A DNA stretch of 64,000 nucleotides from Acidobacteriota bacterium (lineage in GTDB: Bacteria; Acidobacteriota; Thermoanaerobaculia; Multivoradales; UBA5704). Made by a program: the position numbers and the translations under genes. How positions within the stretch are numbered: position 1 is the stretch's first letter; each line of letters begins with the position of its first letter. The notes below the pieces were generated by a model. It saw nothing but the letters and a program-made list of their open reading frames with translations. It searched no databases and was not told where the DNA came from. Shown here in pieces: positions 1 through 9,158 of the stretch. The stretch covers positions 68,216 through 132,215 of the forward strand of contig JBEQUE010000010.1 of NCBI GenBank assembly GCA_040349255.1. Direction: 5' to 3'.

Positions 1-282
1 GCCGATCCACCAGACGAAGTTGACGATCGCGAAGCCCCAGCCCACCGGCTGGTTGACGCCCCAGACGCCGATGCCCTTGAGCAGCAGCCAGCTCACCGAC
101 ACCAGGAACACCATCAGGATCAGGAAGGAGACCCCGAAGCCGATGTACCACCACTTCGGCGTCCGCCGCAGGACGACGGAGCTGATCTTGTCCGTGACGG
201 TGCCGGGGGTGTGGCCCGGCGCCACCACCGGCGGCTTGAAAGGCTTCGGGAGCGTCCCCGGGGCCGGATCAATGGTCGCCAT
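1..282 (-). CDS. actC: Alternative complex III membrane subunit ActC (NrfD/PsrC family); first 94 codons only, gene continues past window start
   Basis: Not in the ORF track because it runs off the edge. Hand translation of the reverse strand from ATG 282-280 gives MATIDPAPGTLPKPFKPPVVAPGHTPGTVTDKISSVVLRRTPKWWYIGFGVSFLILMVFLVSVSWLLLKGIGVWGVNQPVGWGFAIVNFVWWIG. It has TM helices and a GVNxPVxWGxxIxNFVWWIG motif typical of NrfD-type subunits. It overlaps the actB stop by 14 nt and follows the canonical actA-actB-actC order. Confidence 0.8.
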   Translation of the reverse strand, partial: MATIDPAPGTLPKPFKPPVVAPGHTPGTVTDKISSVVLRRTPKWWYIGFGVSFLILMVFLVSVSWLLLKGIGVWGVNQPVGWGFAIVNFVWWIG

Positions 283-3200
283 GTTCCGCCTCCAGCGCAG
301 GGTTCGGGTTGCTGATCTTCGCCAGGTAGGTCGTGCGCGGCCGGGTGTTGAGCTCCTCGAGCAGCCCGTAGTTGAGCGGGTCGGCCTTCCACTTCGTGAC
401 TTCCCAGCGCGGGTCGTTGATGTCGCCGAAGACGATCGCCTCGGTCGGGCAGGCCTGCTGGCAGGCGGTCTGGAGCCGGTTGGCCGGGATCGGCCGGTTC
501 TCGACCTTCGATTCGATCTTGGCCTGCTCGATGCGCTGCACGCAGTAGGTGCACTTCTCCATCACGCCGCGCATGCGCACCGTGACGTCCGGGTTCTGGA
601 GCAGCGCGAGCACCGGCGTGTCCCTGTCGCTGTAGCGCAGGAAGTTGAAGCGCCGCACCTTGTACGGGCAGTTGTTCGAGCAGTAGCGGGTGCCCACGCA
701 ACGGTTGTAGACCATGTCGTTGAGCCCCTCGTCGCTGTGCGACGTGGCCGCCACCGGGCAGACCACCTCGCACGGCGCGTTCTCGCACTGCATGCACGGC
801 ACCGGCTGGTTGTGGATGCGCGGGTCGTCCATGTCGCCCGAGTAGTAGCGGTCCACCCGGATCCAGTGCATCTCGCGCCCGCGCAGCACCTGCTCCTTGC
901 CGACCACCGGGATGTTGTTCTCGGCCTGGCAGGCGATCATGCAGGAGCTGCAGCCGGTGCAGACGTTCAGATCGATCGCCATGCCCCAGGCGTGGCCCTT
1001 GTACTCGACGGGCGGGTAGAGCGTCTCGTCCGGCGCCGGCTTCTCGCGCTCCTCCTGGATGAAGTCCGGGTGGCGGCGCAGCTCCTCGAGCGTGCCGGTG
1101 CGGATCAGCTCGCGGCGCTCCGCCTCGTTGCCGGCGAGCGGGATCTCCTCGGCGCCGCTTTCGAGCGCGTGATGGTTCTGCGTGCTGGCGAACGAGTAGC
1201 GCTCGCCGAGCGGCCGGATCTCCGCGCCCGGCAGGTTCCAGAGCGCCTGCGTGGTGCGCAGCGGATAGGCGTCGAAGCCGAGGCCGGTCGCCCGGCCGGC
1301 GCGACGCCGGCCGTAACCGAGCGTCAGCTCCGCGGTCCCTTCGGCCTGGCCCGGGAGCACCCAGACCGCGGCCTTCACCTTGCGGCCGTTCCAGGTCACC
1401 TCGGCCATGTCCTCGTGCACGAGCTTGAGGCGCTCCGCCATGGCCGGGCCGACCGTGAGCGCGTTGTCCCAGGTCAGCTTGGTCATCGGCTTCGGCAGCT
1501 CCTGGAGCCACGGGTTCGGCGCCAGGCTGCCGTCGCCGACCATCGGGTCGGGCCGCAGGCGCAGCGTGACCATGCCCGGGTGCTGCCGCACCTGCTGGAG
1601 GCTGCGCACCATCGCCGAGGCCGCCGCCTGCGCCGCGCCGCCAGCCATCGACGCGCCGGCCGGAGGGAGCTGCGTGGCCGGAATATCGGCGATGAGCCCG
1701 TCGTGCAGCGCCTTCTTCCAGGCGGCCTCGAAGTCTCCGACCAAAAGCGTCTTCCAGTGGTCGCGGACCACCTCGTAGCTGGTGGCGTCCGCCCGGTTGG
1801 CGAACAGGACGGCGAGGATCTCGATCGCCGTCCGGCCGCTGTAGAGCGGGTCGATGAGCGGCTGCATCAGGCTCACCGTGCCGTCGAACGAGCGCGCGTC
1901 GCCCCAGCTCTCCAACTCGTGGGCCGCGGGGATGTGCCAGTGGCAGTACTCCGACGTCTCGTCCTCGTAGAGGCCGTGATGGACCCGCAGGTCGACCTTC
2001 TGGAGCGCCTGGGTGAACCCGAGGTCGGCCGGCGCGGTGTAGAGCGGGTTGACGCCGCCGAGCATCAGGAGCAGCTCGACGCGGCCGGCGTTCATGTCGG
2101 CCACGAGCTGGCGCATCGACTCGACCTGATCGGCGCCGTTGGCGGGTATCACCTCGACGGGCGCGGTGTGGAACACCGTCCGTCCCGTGTTGCCCAGCGC
2201 CTGGTTGATCGCGTGGACCAGCACCTGCGTGGCCGGCGAGGCGTATTCGTCGGCCACCACGAGCGCGGCGCCCGCGTTGGCCTTGAGGTCCGCGGCGATC
2301 ACCGGCAGCCAGCGCTTCGCGCGCGCGTCGGCGAGGACGTCGCCGGCTCCTGCGCCCCCGCCGGACACCACGCCGAGCGCCTGGGCGAGCGCCAGCGCGA
2401 AGACCTCGACCTCGGGCGCCGGCAGCGGCAGGCGGTGGTCGGCGAGCGTGCCGGTGTTCGTCGGCACGCTCTCGACCGCGTAGAGCCGGCTCATCTGAAG
2501 GTTGTCCTTGCGCACCCGGCGGGTGCGGGCGAAGTCGCGCTGGTAGCGCACGTTGCCCGGGCCCCGGGTGAGGACGTCCGAGTCGAGCGCCAGGACGACG
2601 CGGGCGGCGCCGAAGTCGTACCGGGTCTCGAGCGGCTGGCCGAACGCGGCCTGCGCCGCGGCGCGGCCGTGATGGCTGCCGGCGGGCTCCCACTGGTGCC
2701 AGCGCGCGTTCGGGAAGCGGGCCAGGAGATCCTGGAGCTGCGCCGCCATCGTCGGCGACGTGATCGTGCCGGTGAGGATCCGCACGCCCTCTCCGCCGAG
2801 CGCCTCCAGGGCCCGCAGGCGCGCTCCCGCCTCGCCGACGAACGCGCCCCAGGTGCCGATGCGGCCGTTGTGGACGATCGACTGCGAGCGCTCCGGGTCG
2901 TAGAGCGTCAGGACCGCGGCCTGGTCGAAGACGTCCGTGGCGCCGAGGCTCGCCGGGTGGTCCGGATTGCCCTCGATCTTCGTCGGCCGGCCCATGTGGC
3001 TCTCGGCCAGGACGCCGCGCGCGTAGCCGCCGTGCGTGAGCGTCGTGGCGAAGAACAGCGGCCGGCCCGGCACGATGTACTCGGGCTGCTTGACGTACGG
3101 GATGATCGCCTCGTTGGGCTGCTTCGTGCAGCCGGTCAGCCCGGCGAGCGCGAGCGACGCGCTGGTGAGCTGGAGGAAGCGCCGGCGGGAGACTCCGTCG

Positions 3201-3469
3201 GTCTTCGTCATCTCCTCGGGCGCCTCCGAGGCGAAGCGCGGGAACTCCCGATGCAGGAAGTCCTGGAACTCGGGCGTCCCGGCGAGATCGTCGAGGCTGC
3301 GCCAGAGCTCGTTGCCGCGCTTCTCGCGCAGGCGCTCGCGGACCGTTTCGAGATCCAGGCGCGCCGGCTCCGGCTGCGCGGCCGCCTCGGCGCCGCACTT
3401 CCCTTTGCTTGGATTCAGGATATCCATCCGATTTGGCTCGCTCCCGCTCGATTGATCCCGAAAAATCAT
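269..3469 (-). CDS. actB: Alternative complex III subunit ActB: Tat-exported molybdopterin-oxidoreductase-like domain fused to a 4Fe-4S ferredoxin domain
   Basis: Frame of ORF 269..3781(-). Twin-arginine signal SRRRFLQLTSASLALAGLTGC. C-terminal Cys clusters CTGCSSCMIACQAENN, CMQCENAPCEVVCP, CVGTRYCSNNCPYKVRRFN and CTYCVQR. Start placed at ATG 3469, which forms an ATGA overlap with the actA stop. ATG 3427 (MDILNPSKG) is an alternative. The longer track start lies inside actA. Confidence 0.9.
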   Translation of the reverse strand: MIFRDQSSGSEPNRMDILNPSKGKCGAEAAAQPEPARLDLETVRERLREKRGNELWRSLDDLAGTPEFQDFLHREFPRFASEAPEEMTKTDGVSRRRFLQLTSASLALAGLTGCTKQPNEAIIPYVKQPEYIVPGRPLFFATTLTHGGYARGVLAESHMGRPTKIEGNPDHPASLGATDVFDQAAVLTLYDPERSQSIVHNGRIGTWGAFVGEAGARLRALEALGGEGVRILTGTITSPTMAAQLQDLLARFPNARWHQWEPAGSHHGRAAAQAAFGQPLETRYDFGAARVVLALDSDVLTRGPGNVRYQRDFARTRRVRKDNLQMSRLYAVESVPTNTGTLADHRLPLPAPEVEVFALALAQALGVVSGGGAGAGDVLADARAKRWLPVIAADLKANAGAALVVADEYASPATQVLVHAINQALGNTGRTVFHTAPVEVIPANGADQVESMRQLVADMNAGRVELLLMLGGVNPLYTAPADLGFTQALQKVDLRVHHGLYEDETSEYCHWHIPAAHELESWGDARSFDGTVSLMQPLIDPLYSGRTAIEILAVLFANRADATSYEVVRDHWKTLLVGDFEAAWKKALHDGLIADIPATQLPPAGASMAGGAAQAAASAMVRSLQQVRQHPGMVTLRLRPDPMVGDGSLAPNPWLQELPKPMTKLTWDNALTVGPAMAERLKLVHEDMAEVTWNGRKVKAAVWVLPGQAEGTAELTLGYGRRRAGRATGLGFDAYPLRTTQALWNLPGAEIRPLGERYSFASTQNHHALESGAEEIPLAGNEAERRELIRTGTLEELRRHPDFIQEEREKPAPDETLYPPVEYKGHAWGMAIDLNVCTGCSSCMIACQAENNIPVVGKEQVLRGREMHWIRVDRYYSGDMDDPRIHNQPVPCMQCENAPCEVVCPVAATSHSDEGLNDMVYNRCVGTRYCSNNCPYKVRRFNFLRYSDRDTPVLALLQNPDVTVRMRGVMEKCTYCVQRIEQAKIESKVENRPIPANRLQTACQQACPTEAIVFGDINDPRWEVTKWKADPLNYGLLEELNTRPRTTYLAKISNPNPALEAEHGDH

Positions 3470-4122
3470 CGGTGACACGTCGAGCAGCTCGTGAGTGACT
3501 GGATTTTGTAGTCCTTGACCAGCTTCGCGCGCAGCGCCTGCGCCTCCTGCGGGTCCGCAGGCGGCTGCCAGTTGAGGTTGAAGACCTCTTCCTTCGGCCG
3601 CACGAACCTGCCGGGGTCGCGGTGGCAGCTCAGGCACCACTCCATCTGGAGCGACGCCTCCTGATACAGGAGCGGCATGCGGTCCACCTGGCCGTGGCAG
3701 CTCGCGCAGCCGATCCCCTTCGCCACGTGGACGCTGTGGTTGAAGTAGACGAAGTCCGGCAGGTCGTGGACTCTCTGCCACTGGATCGGCACGCCGGTGG
3801 CGAAGCTCGACCGCACGGGCTCCAGCATGTCCGCGTTCGTCCAGATCTGCCGGTGGCAGTTCATGCAGGTCTCGGTCGGCGGCATGCCGGCGAAGCTGGA
3901 GGTCTCGACCGAGGAGTGGCAGTACCGGCAGTCGATGCCCATGCCGGCGACGTGGTGGACGTGGCTGAACGGGATCGGCTGGTTGCGCACGATGCCCTGG
4001 CCCGTGGCATAGGACGACCGGAGCAGGGTCGAGAAGATCCAGGCGAAGAAGGCGATGAAGAACACCGCCCCGAAGATGCTGACCTTGGCGATCGTGTTCG
4101 TGCTGCGGTGGAAGATCTGCAT
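3466..4122 (-). CDS. actA: Alternative complex III pentaheme cytochrome c subunit ActA
   Basis: 218 aa. N-terminal TM helix (IFGAVFFIAFFAWIFSTLL). Five CxxCH heme motifs (CRYCH, CMNCH, CASCH, CLSCH, CSTCH). Sits immediately upstream of actB on the same strand. Confidence 0.9.
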   Translation of the reverse strand: MQIFHRSTNTIAKVSIFGAVFFIAFFAWIFSTLLRSSYATGQGIVRNQPIPFSHVHHVAGMGIDCRYCHSSVETSSFAGMPPTETCMNCHRQIWTNADMLEPVRSSFATGVPIQWQRVHDLPDFVYFNHSVHVAKGIGCASCHGQVDRMPLLYQEASLQMEWCLSCHRDPGRFVRPKEEVFNLNWQPPADPQEAQALRAKLVKDYKIQSLTSCSTCHR

Positions 4123-4323
4123 CCGGATGGCCCCCCTAACCTCCCAGCTCCATGCGAAGGGACTTTGTGAAAGTCGTCACAAGCGAACGCATCCTATCCA
4201 AACGGGCGTCTTCGTGCAAGACGGGTGCCCTGGAGTTGATCCCATCCTCCTTCTCCCCGGCCCTCTCCTCGCGCGGCGAGGGAGAGGGAGCCCCCGGCAC
4301 GTCCCTTGCTGTAGGTGGTGACC

Positions 4324-4665
4324 ATGGACGCGTCGAAAGCCCTCACCCTGGTACAGCCCCTGCTCGACGCCACGCAGGACATGAAGCGCCGCAAGGTCAG
4401 CAAGTCCCGCTGCGACGAGCTCCTCCTGGCGATCAACGCCATTCCCCTCAGCGCTTTCGAGGGCCGGTCGGAGCTCGAGAGGCTGTGGATGCAGGCCCTG
4501 TCCTCGTTCCGCTACGCCTTCCTGCTCTGGCTCTACGGAGACCTCCAGGCGGCCCGGGACGAGTCCGAGAAGGCGCGCCGGAAGGTCGAGCAGATCCGCG
4601 CGCAGACAGTCGGAATCGAGCCCTGGCCTGCCGCCGGCTCCCTCCAGCCCCAGATGGTCGCGTAG
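4324..4665 (+). CDS. Hypothetical small protein
   Basis: ORF 4315..4665(+). G/C-rich third codon positions and a balanced amino-acid composition (MDASKALTLVQPLLDATQDMKRRKV...). No recognisable motif. Start at ATG 4324 preferred over GTG 4315. Confidence 0.5.
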   Translation: MDASKALTLVQPLLDATQDMKRRKVSKSRCDELLLAINAIPLSAFEGRSELERLWMQALSSFRYAFLLWLYGDLQAARDESEKARRKVEQIRAQTVGIEPWPAAGSLQPQMVA

Positions 4666-4756
4666 AGACCGGCGCCGGAATTACCCGACCTCTGTAAACT
4701 TTGGATTCAGACGGTCCGACCGAGGCCGTCCGCAGAGGATCGGAGGGGAGACGAGC

Positions 4757-5902
4757 ATGAGAAGGATGTTGCTGGCCCTGGTGCTGGCGGGCCTTGGATT
4801 CCTGGCCGGGCTGGCATGGCCGCGGCGGGTGATGGAAGGAGCGGTGATTCCCTCGACGCTCGCCCAGGTGCAGCCGGCGGCTCAGGGAGGCCGTCCGGCG
4901 CCCGTGCGGCGGCCGGAGCTGGCCGAGGAGGAGCGGGCGACGATCGGCCTCTTCCAGCGGGCGTCGCCGTCGGTGGTCTACATCACGTCGCTCGCCGTGC
5001 AGCGCGACTTCTTCAGCATGCGGGCGCAGGAGGTGCCGCAGGGCTCGGGCTCCGGCTTCCTCTGGGACCGCCAGGGCCACGTCGTGACCAACTTCCACGT
5101 GATCGAGAGCGCGAGCGGCGCGCAGGTCACTCTGTCGGACCAGTCGACCTGGGACGCCGAGCTGGTCGGCACGGCGCCGGAGAAAGACTTGGCCGTCCTC
5201 CGGATCAAGGCGCCGGCGAGCAAGCTCCAGCCGCTGCCGATCGGCGAGTCGGATGACCTCCAGGTCGGCCAGTCGGTGTTCGCGATCGGCAATCCGTTCG
5301 GGCTCGACCAGACGCTGACCACGGGCATCGTGAGCGCGCTGGGCCGCGAGATTCAGTCGGTCGCGGGCGTGCCGATCCGCGACGTGATCCAGACCGACGC
5401 CGCGATCAACCCGGGCAACTCGGGCGGGCCGCTGCTCGACAGCGCGGGCCGACTGATCGGCATCAACACGGCGATCTACAGCCCGTCGGGGGCCTACGCG
5501 GGCATCGGCTTCGCGATCCCGGTGCACTCGGTCGCCTGGGTGGTGCCGGACCTGATCCGCTACGGCTACGTCAATCGTCCGACCCTGGGCGTGGAGCTGG
5601 TGCCGGATTCGTGGAACCGGCAGCTCGGCGTCGAGCAGGGGGCGGTGATCATGAACGTGACGCCCGGCAGCGGCGCGGACCGGGCCGGCCTGCGCGGCAC
5701 GGAGCGCACCCGCGGCCGGCGCGTGCAGTTGGGCGACGTCATCCAGACGATCGACGGCAAGCCGATCCAGTCGCTGGCCGACATGTTCCAGGTGCTGGAG
5801 CAGAAGAAGGCCGGAGATGTCGTGAGGGTCGCCTTCCTGCGCGACGGCAGAAAGGAAGAGGCCCAGGTCCGGCTCGATCCGGCGGCCCGGCAACGTCCGT
5901 AG
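4757..5902 (+). CDS. HtrA/DegP-family (S1C) serine protease with C-terminal PDZ domain
   Basis: N-terminal TM/signal segment. Trypsin-fold motifs GSGFLWDRQGHVVTNFHVI, DLAVLRI and GNSGGPLLDSAGRLIGINTAI. PDZ-like tail (LGDVIQTIDGKPIQSLADM). GGAGGGGAG RBS upstream of the ATG. Confidence 0.9.
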   Translation: MRRMLLALVLAGLGFLAGLAWPRRVMEGAVIPSTLAQVQPAAQGGRPAPVRRPELAEEERATIGLFQRASPSVVYITSLAVQRDFFSMRAQEVPQGSGSGFLWDRQGHVVTNFHVIESASGAQVTLSDQSTWDAELVGTAPEKDLAVLRIKAPASKLQPLPIGESDDLQVGQSVFAIGNPFGLDQTLTTGIVSALGREIQSVAGVPIRDVIQTDAAINPGNSGGPLLDSAGRLIGINTAIYSPSGAYAGIGFAIPVHSVAWVVPDLIRYGYVNRPTLGVELVPDSWNRQLGVEQGAVIMNVTPGSGADRAGLRGTERTRGRRVQLGDVIQTIDGKPIQSLADMFQVLEQKKAGDVVRVAFLRDGRKEEAQVRLDPAARQRP

Positions 5903-5990
5903 CTGGCACCATGGTTGCAGCTTTCCTGAGGGACGGTGGGGATGTTCCCTGCTGAGCAGCTTCCTGAAACGACACCAGACAGGAGGGGCC

Positions 5991-6431
5991 ATGAAAAGGC
6001 AGATGCTCATGCTCCTGACGTTGGCGCTCGTGCTCGTCGCGGGCACGGCCCTCGTCGCCCAGACCACTGGAACCACACAACTTCCGCCGAGCCAGCAGGT
6101 CGATCAGTCGGGCAAGCCCGAGACCGGCACCGGTCCGGACGTGGACGTCGACGTCGGCAAGAACGCCGAGGATGGCGTCATGGACGTGGACGTGACCCGC
6201 AACACGGACGCCGACACGGCAGCCCAGGGCAACGACCACCCGATGGACAATCATGCGATGGACACCACGACGGGCAGCACGGCCACCGGGACCGGCACGG
6301 CTGACACCACCACCACCGGTACGGCTGCCGACCAGGGCAACCTGCCGGCCACCGGCAGCGAGATGCCGCTGATCGGCCTGATCGGCCTGTTCGCCCTCGC
6401 GGGCGCCGCCACCCTGCGCGCCTCCCGCTGA
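5991..6431 (+). CDS. Small secreted acidic Thr/Asp/Gly-rich protein with C-terminal LPXTG-type sorting signal
   Basis: Signal peptide MKRQMLMLLTLALVLVAGTALVAQ. Low-complexity acidic body. C-terminus LPATGSE + MPLIGLIGLFALAGAATL + RASR. AGGAGG RBS. Followed by a terminator hairpin. Confidence 0.75.
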   Translation: MKRQMLMLLTLALVLVAGTALVAQTTGTTQLPPSQQVDQSGKPETGTGPDVDVDVGKNAEDGVMDVDVTRNTDADTAAQGNDHPMDNHAMDTTTGSTATGTGTADTTTTGTAADQGNLPATGSEMPLIGLIGLFALAGAATLRASR

Positions 6432-6459
6432 CCTCGACTTTCCACGAGGTCCCTTCGAT

Positions 6460-6494
6460 GATGCCTCCGCTCCGGCGGAGGCATCGTCTTTCTT
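6460..6494 (+). terminator. Rho-independent terminator hairpin between convergent genes
   Basis: GATGCCTCCGC (6460-6470), TCCG loop, GCGGAGGCATC (6475-6485), then GTCTTTCTT. Lies 29 nt after the 5991..6431 stop and abuts the stop of the convergent ATPase gene. Confidence 0.6.
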
Positions 6495-7654
6495 CAGTTG
6501 AGCGGTGCAACCTTCTCCCGGAGTGCCATCAGTGCCACCGCTCGAATGCGGGGAGCCAGCGGATAGGACTCCTCGCCGGCATGAACCACCACCAGTTCCT
6601 CCAAATCCAGGGCTTCCAGGGACGACCGCATAGAGGGGGTGACGCGCGGACTGCTGGTGAGCTTGAGCTCGAAGCCACGACGGATGTTGCCGCGGCGAAC
6701 CAGGAGATCCAGTTCGGCGCCGCTGTGGAGCTTCCAGAAGAAGCACTCCTCCGGCCGGGCTCCCAGATGCGAGACGACCTCGCCGATCGCGAAGCCCTCC
6801 CAGGACGCTCCCACCTTGGGGTGGCTCAACAGGTCGTCCCGGGTTTCCAGTCCTAGCAAGGCATGAAGGATGCCGCTGTCGGCCAGATAGATCTTGGGCG
6901 CCTTCACCTGCCGTTTGGCAACGTTCTCGTACCAGGGCTCCAGACGCTTCGCCATGAAGGTGGAGCACAGGGTTTCCAGGTAGTTGAGCACGGTCTTGTT
7001 GGACACGCCGAAGGCCCGGGCCAGCTCCGAGGCGTTCCAGATCTCCCCGTGGTAGTGGGCCAGCATGGTCCAGAACCGCCTCATTGTCGTGGAGGAGAGC
7101 TGGATGCCCAGCTCGGAGAGGTCACGTTCGAGATAGGTCCGGATGAATTGCTGTCGCCAGAGGCCGCTGGCGGCCTCCGACGACGCGATGAACGAGCGCG
7201 GGTAGCCGCCGCGGAACCAGAGCGTCTCCAGACTCTCCGAGCCCACCTCGTCCAGGCTGAAGCCTTCGAGCTCGTGGTAGGCGATGCGGCCGGCGAGCGA
7301 TTCCGAGCTCTGCCGCAGCAGCTCCGGAGACGCGCTTCCCAGCACCAGGAACCGGGCCGGCGCCTCCGGCCGGTCCGCCAGCACTCTCAGGACCGGGAAG
7401 AGCTCAGGGCGGAGTTGGATCTCGTCGAGCACCACGAGGCCGCGCAGCCCTTCCAGGGCGAACATCGGATCGTCGAGCCTCGAAAGGTGTCGCGGATTCT
7501 CCAGGTCGAACCGAGTGACTTCGCCCGGGGCTGAATCGGCATAGGACATCGCCAACGTGGTCTTCCCTACTTGCCGCGAGCCGATCAGGCCAACGACCGG
7601 GAACTGGGCCAAGAGGGTCTGAAGCCGATTGAGGTGCCCGGGACGCTCGATCAC
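6494..7654 (-). CDS. AAA+ ATPase with DUF4143-type C-terminal domain
   Basis: Walker A GLIGSRQVGKTT and Walker B VVLDEIQ. C-terminal region resembles the DUF4143 (restriction-endonuclease-like) family by eye. GTG start at 7654 (VIERPGHLNRL) chosen over the longer TTG start at 7702. Confidence 0.75.
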   Translation of the reverse strand: MIERPGHLNRLQTLLAQFPVVGLIGSRQVGKTTLAMSYADSAPGEVTRFDLENPRHLSRLDDPMFALEGLRGLVVLDEIQLRPELFPVLRVLADRPEAPARFLVLGSASPELLRQSSESLAGRIAYHELEGFSLDEVGSESLETLWFRGGYPRSFIASSEAASGLWRQQFIRTYLERDLSELGIQLSSTTMRRFWTMLAHYHGEIWNASELARAFGVSNKTVLNYLETLCSTFMAKRLEPWYENVAKRQVKAPKIYLADSGILHALLGLETRDDLLSHPKVGASWEGFAIGEVVSHLGARPEECFFWKLHSGAELDLLVRRGNIRRGFELKLTSSPRVTPSMRSSLEALDLEELVVVHAGEESYPLAPRIRAVALMALREKVAPLN

Positions 7655-7801
7655 GCAGCAGAGTCTACCTTGAAATCTGGGAGCGGCGCTCCCAATTTTC
7701 AAGGTAGGCCAACTTGTTGAGCGGCCGGGAGAGGGCGGAGCCCATCCCTCTTGAGGTGAGCATAAGTTGCATCTGGTGAGTCAAGGCGCTAAGCTGACTC
7801 C

Positions 7802-8479
7802 ATGAAAGGGTTGACCCCAAAACGCCAGTCCGCCGTTCTACTCCGGGAAGCTGCGGAGATGGGAGTCTCTCTGGAGAGATTGGATATCGCTGTCCGTGCT
7901 GCGCGGACCCTAGGCGATGCGGAAATCCAGTTTCTCGAAAAACTGCTGGTCTGGATTGACGCGGGAGTTTCGCAGGAGCGGAGAGCCGCCCTGTCCAAGG
8001 GTCTGGCCAAGGCTCTCGATGCCACTCCCGTGAGTGTCCCCGAAGATCCGCTTGCCATGGTGGATGACTCGCTCGACGCTGCCGGCGCTGCTGAAAATGT
8101 CGCCTTGGCAGAGATGGAGTCGCAGGCGCTCCGTGAGGCGATCCTGAAAGACTGCATCGATGCCGCGGAGGCCGGTAGACTGACAAGCCGTTCCCGGCAG
8201 GCTCTCGAGCGGCTCCGCCGGGACGGCAGGCTGCTGGCTCTGCGAGTCGGTCCACGGTGGCGCTATCCCCGGTGGCAGTTCGATCCCGATGCTCCGGGAG
8301 GAATCGTGCCCGGGATAGACGGCGTGCTACGCGAGCTCTCCCTCTCTCCTACGGCAGCGGCCTTCTGGCTTCTCCAGCCTTCGGAGGGGCTTGGCGGCCA
8401 TCCGCCGATCGAATGGCTTCGTCGCCACCGACCCGAGTCCGTCATCGAGTTGGCCCATCAGATGAGCCTCCTTCCTTGA
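7802..8479 (+). CDS. Xre/MbcA/ParS-like antitoxin (DUF2384 C-terminal domain) of a RES-type TA pair
   Basis: C-terminal FWLLQPSEGLGGHPPIEWLRRHRPESVIELAHQM matches the DUF2384 signature (W..P...LGG..P...L). Its stop overlaps the start of the RES gene (TTGA at 8476-8479). Confidence 0.7.
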   Translation: MKGLTPKRQSAVLLREAAEMGVSLERLDIAVRAARTLGDAEIQFLEKLLVWIDAGVSQERRAALSKGLAKALDATPVSVPEDPLAMVDDSLDAAGAAENVALAEMESQALREAILKDCIDAAEAGRLTSRSRQALERLRRDGRLLALRVGPRWRYPRWQFDPDAPGGIVPGIDGVLRELSLSPTAAAFWLLQPSEGLGGHPPIEWLRRHRPESVIELAHQMSLLP

Positions 8480-9081
8480 CTCTGTCATCGCCGCCTGGAA
8501 TTCTGACCGTCCGTCCACGACTCTTCCGGTTGAATCCGGGAGATCTGCTCGTGCGCTTCTACAACCCGGTCCACGGAGGCTGGAGTACACGGCGAACCTA
8601 CGGTCCCCTTCCTCGACTCCGTTTCGATCACCACGTTCCGCCTCCAGGCAGTTCTGCCGATCGCGCGGTCTGGTACGCGGCCACGTCTCTCCTGGGGGCT
8701 GTGGCCGAGGCGTTTGGAGATCTTGGGATCGTCGATCGAGGCTCCGGGCGACGCGTCTGCGTCATGCGGATTTCCAAGTCGATTCAGACCCTGAACCTGG
8801 CCGGAATCGCGCCGCGTGTCTTTGGGCTGGACCAGCGGATTGCCACCAACCGTGACTATCCGCAATGCCAGGAGTGGGCACGAGCCTTCTACGAGTCTTA
8901 TCCGGAGGTATGCGGCCTTCGTTGGAGGGGGCGCCAGGCGGGATCCATCTGTTTCGCGCTGAACGACAGAGCGGACATGACGTCGCTGAACAGGCTCCAG
9001 GACCGAGACGTGAGCGACCCGGAGGTCTGGCCCCGGATCGCCAGGGCTGCCCGGCGCTGCCGGCTGCGAGTCAGCACCTGA
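8476..9081 (+). CDS. RES-domain toxin (NAD+-targeting RES family)
   Basis: In-frame part of ORF 8257..9081. RES-family blocks by eye (LPRLRFDHH, VWYAATSLLGAVAEAF, RWRGRQAGSICFALNDR). TTG start at 8476 overlaps the antitoxin stop. The earlier track start lies inside the antitoxin gene. Confidence 0.75.
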   Translation: MTLSSPPGILTVRPRLFRLNPGDLLVRFYNPVHGGWSTRRTYGPLPRLRFDHHVPPPGSSADRAVWYAATSLLGAVAEAFGDLGIVDRGSGRRVCVMRISKSIQTLNLAGIAPRVFGLDQRIATNRDYPQCQEWARAFYESYPEVCGLRWRGRQAGSICFALNDRADMTSLNRLQDRDVSDPEVWPRIARAARRCRLRVST

Positions 9082-9102
9082 GATGGCATCCTCGCGGCAC
9101 TC

Positions 9103-9139
9103 ACCCGCCCGTGCCCGGGAGGGCCGGGCACGGGCGGGT
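9103..9139. terminator. Strong G/C hairpin between convergent genes (putative bidirectional terminator)
   Basis: ACCCGCCCGTGCCCGG (9103-9118), 5-nt loop, CCGGGCACGGGCGGGT (9124-9139). Lies between the RES stop (9081) and the stop of 9159..10373(-). No clear U-tract. Confidence 0.45.
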
Positions 9140-9158
9140 TCGGCGGTCGGGAATCGTT

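Noticed and set aside
20-3475. 1151-aa (+) ORF and 1092-aa (-) ORF 120..3398 spanning the actB region
   Set aside because: The translations are Arg/Ala/Gly/Pro/His-dominated, as expected for antisense or off-frame ORFs in high-G+C DNA. The 269..3469(-) frame carries the Tat signal, Fe-S Cys clusters and balanced composition.
4240-4300. Imperfect hairpin CCCTCTCCTCG-CGCGG-CGAGGGAGAGGG upstream of actA
   Set aside because: It sits in a divergent promoter region, has a bulged stem and has no U-tract on either strand. There is not enough evidence to call it a terminator or operator.
4448-6076. 542-aa (-) ORF antisense to the HtrA protease gene, plus nested ORFs 4816..5256 and 5611..5955
   Set aside because: Low-complexity Arg/Pro/Ala translation with no motifs. 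The HtrA frame has the catalytic triad and a PDZ domain.
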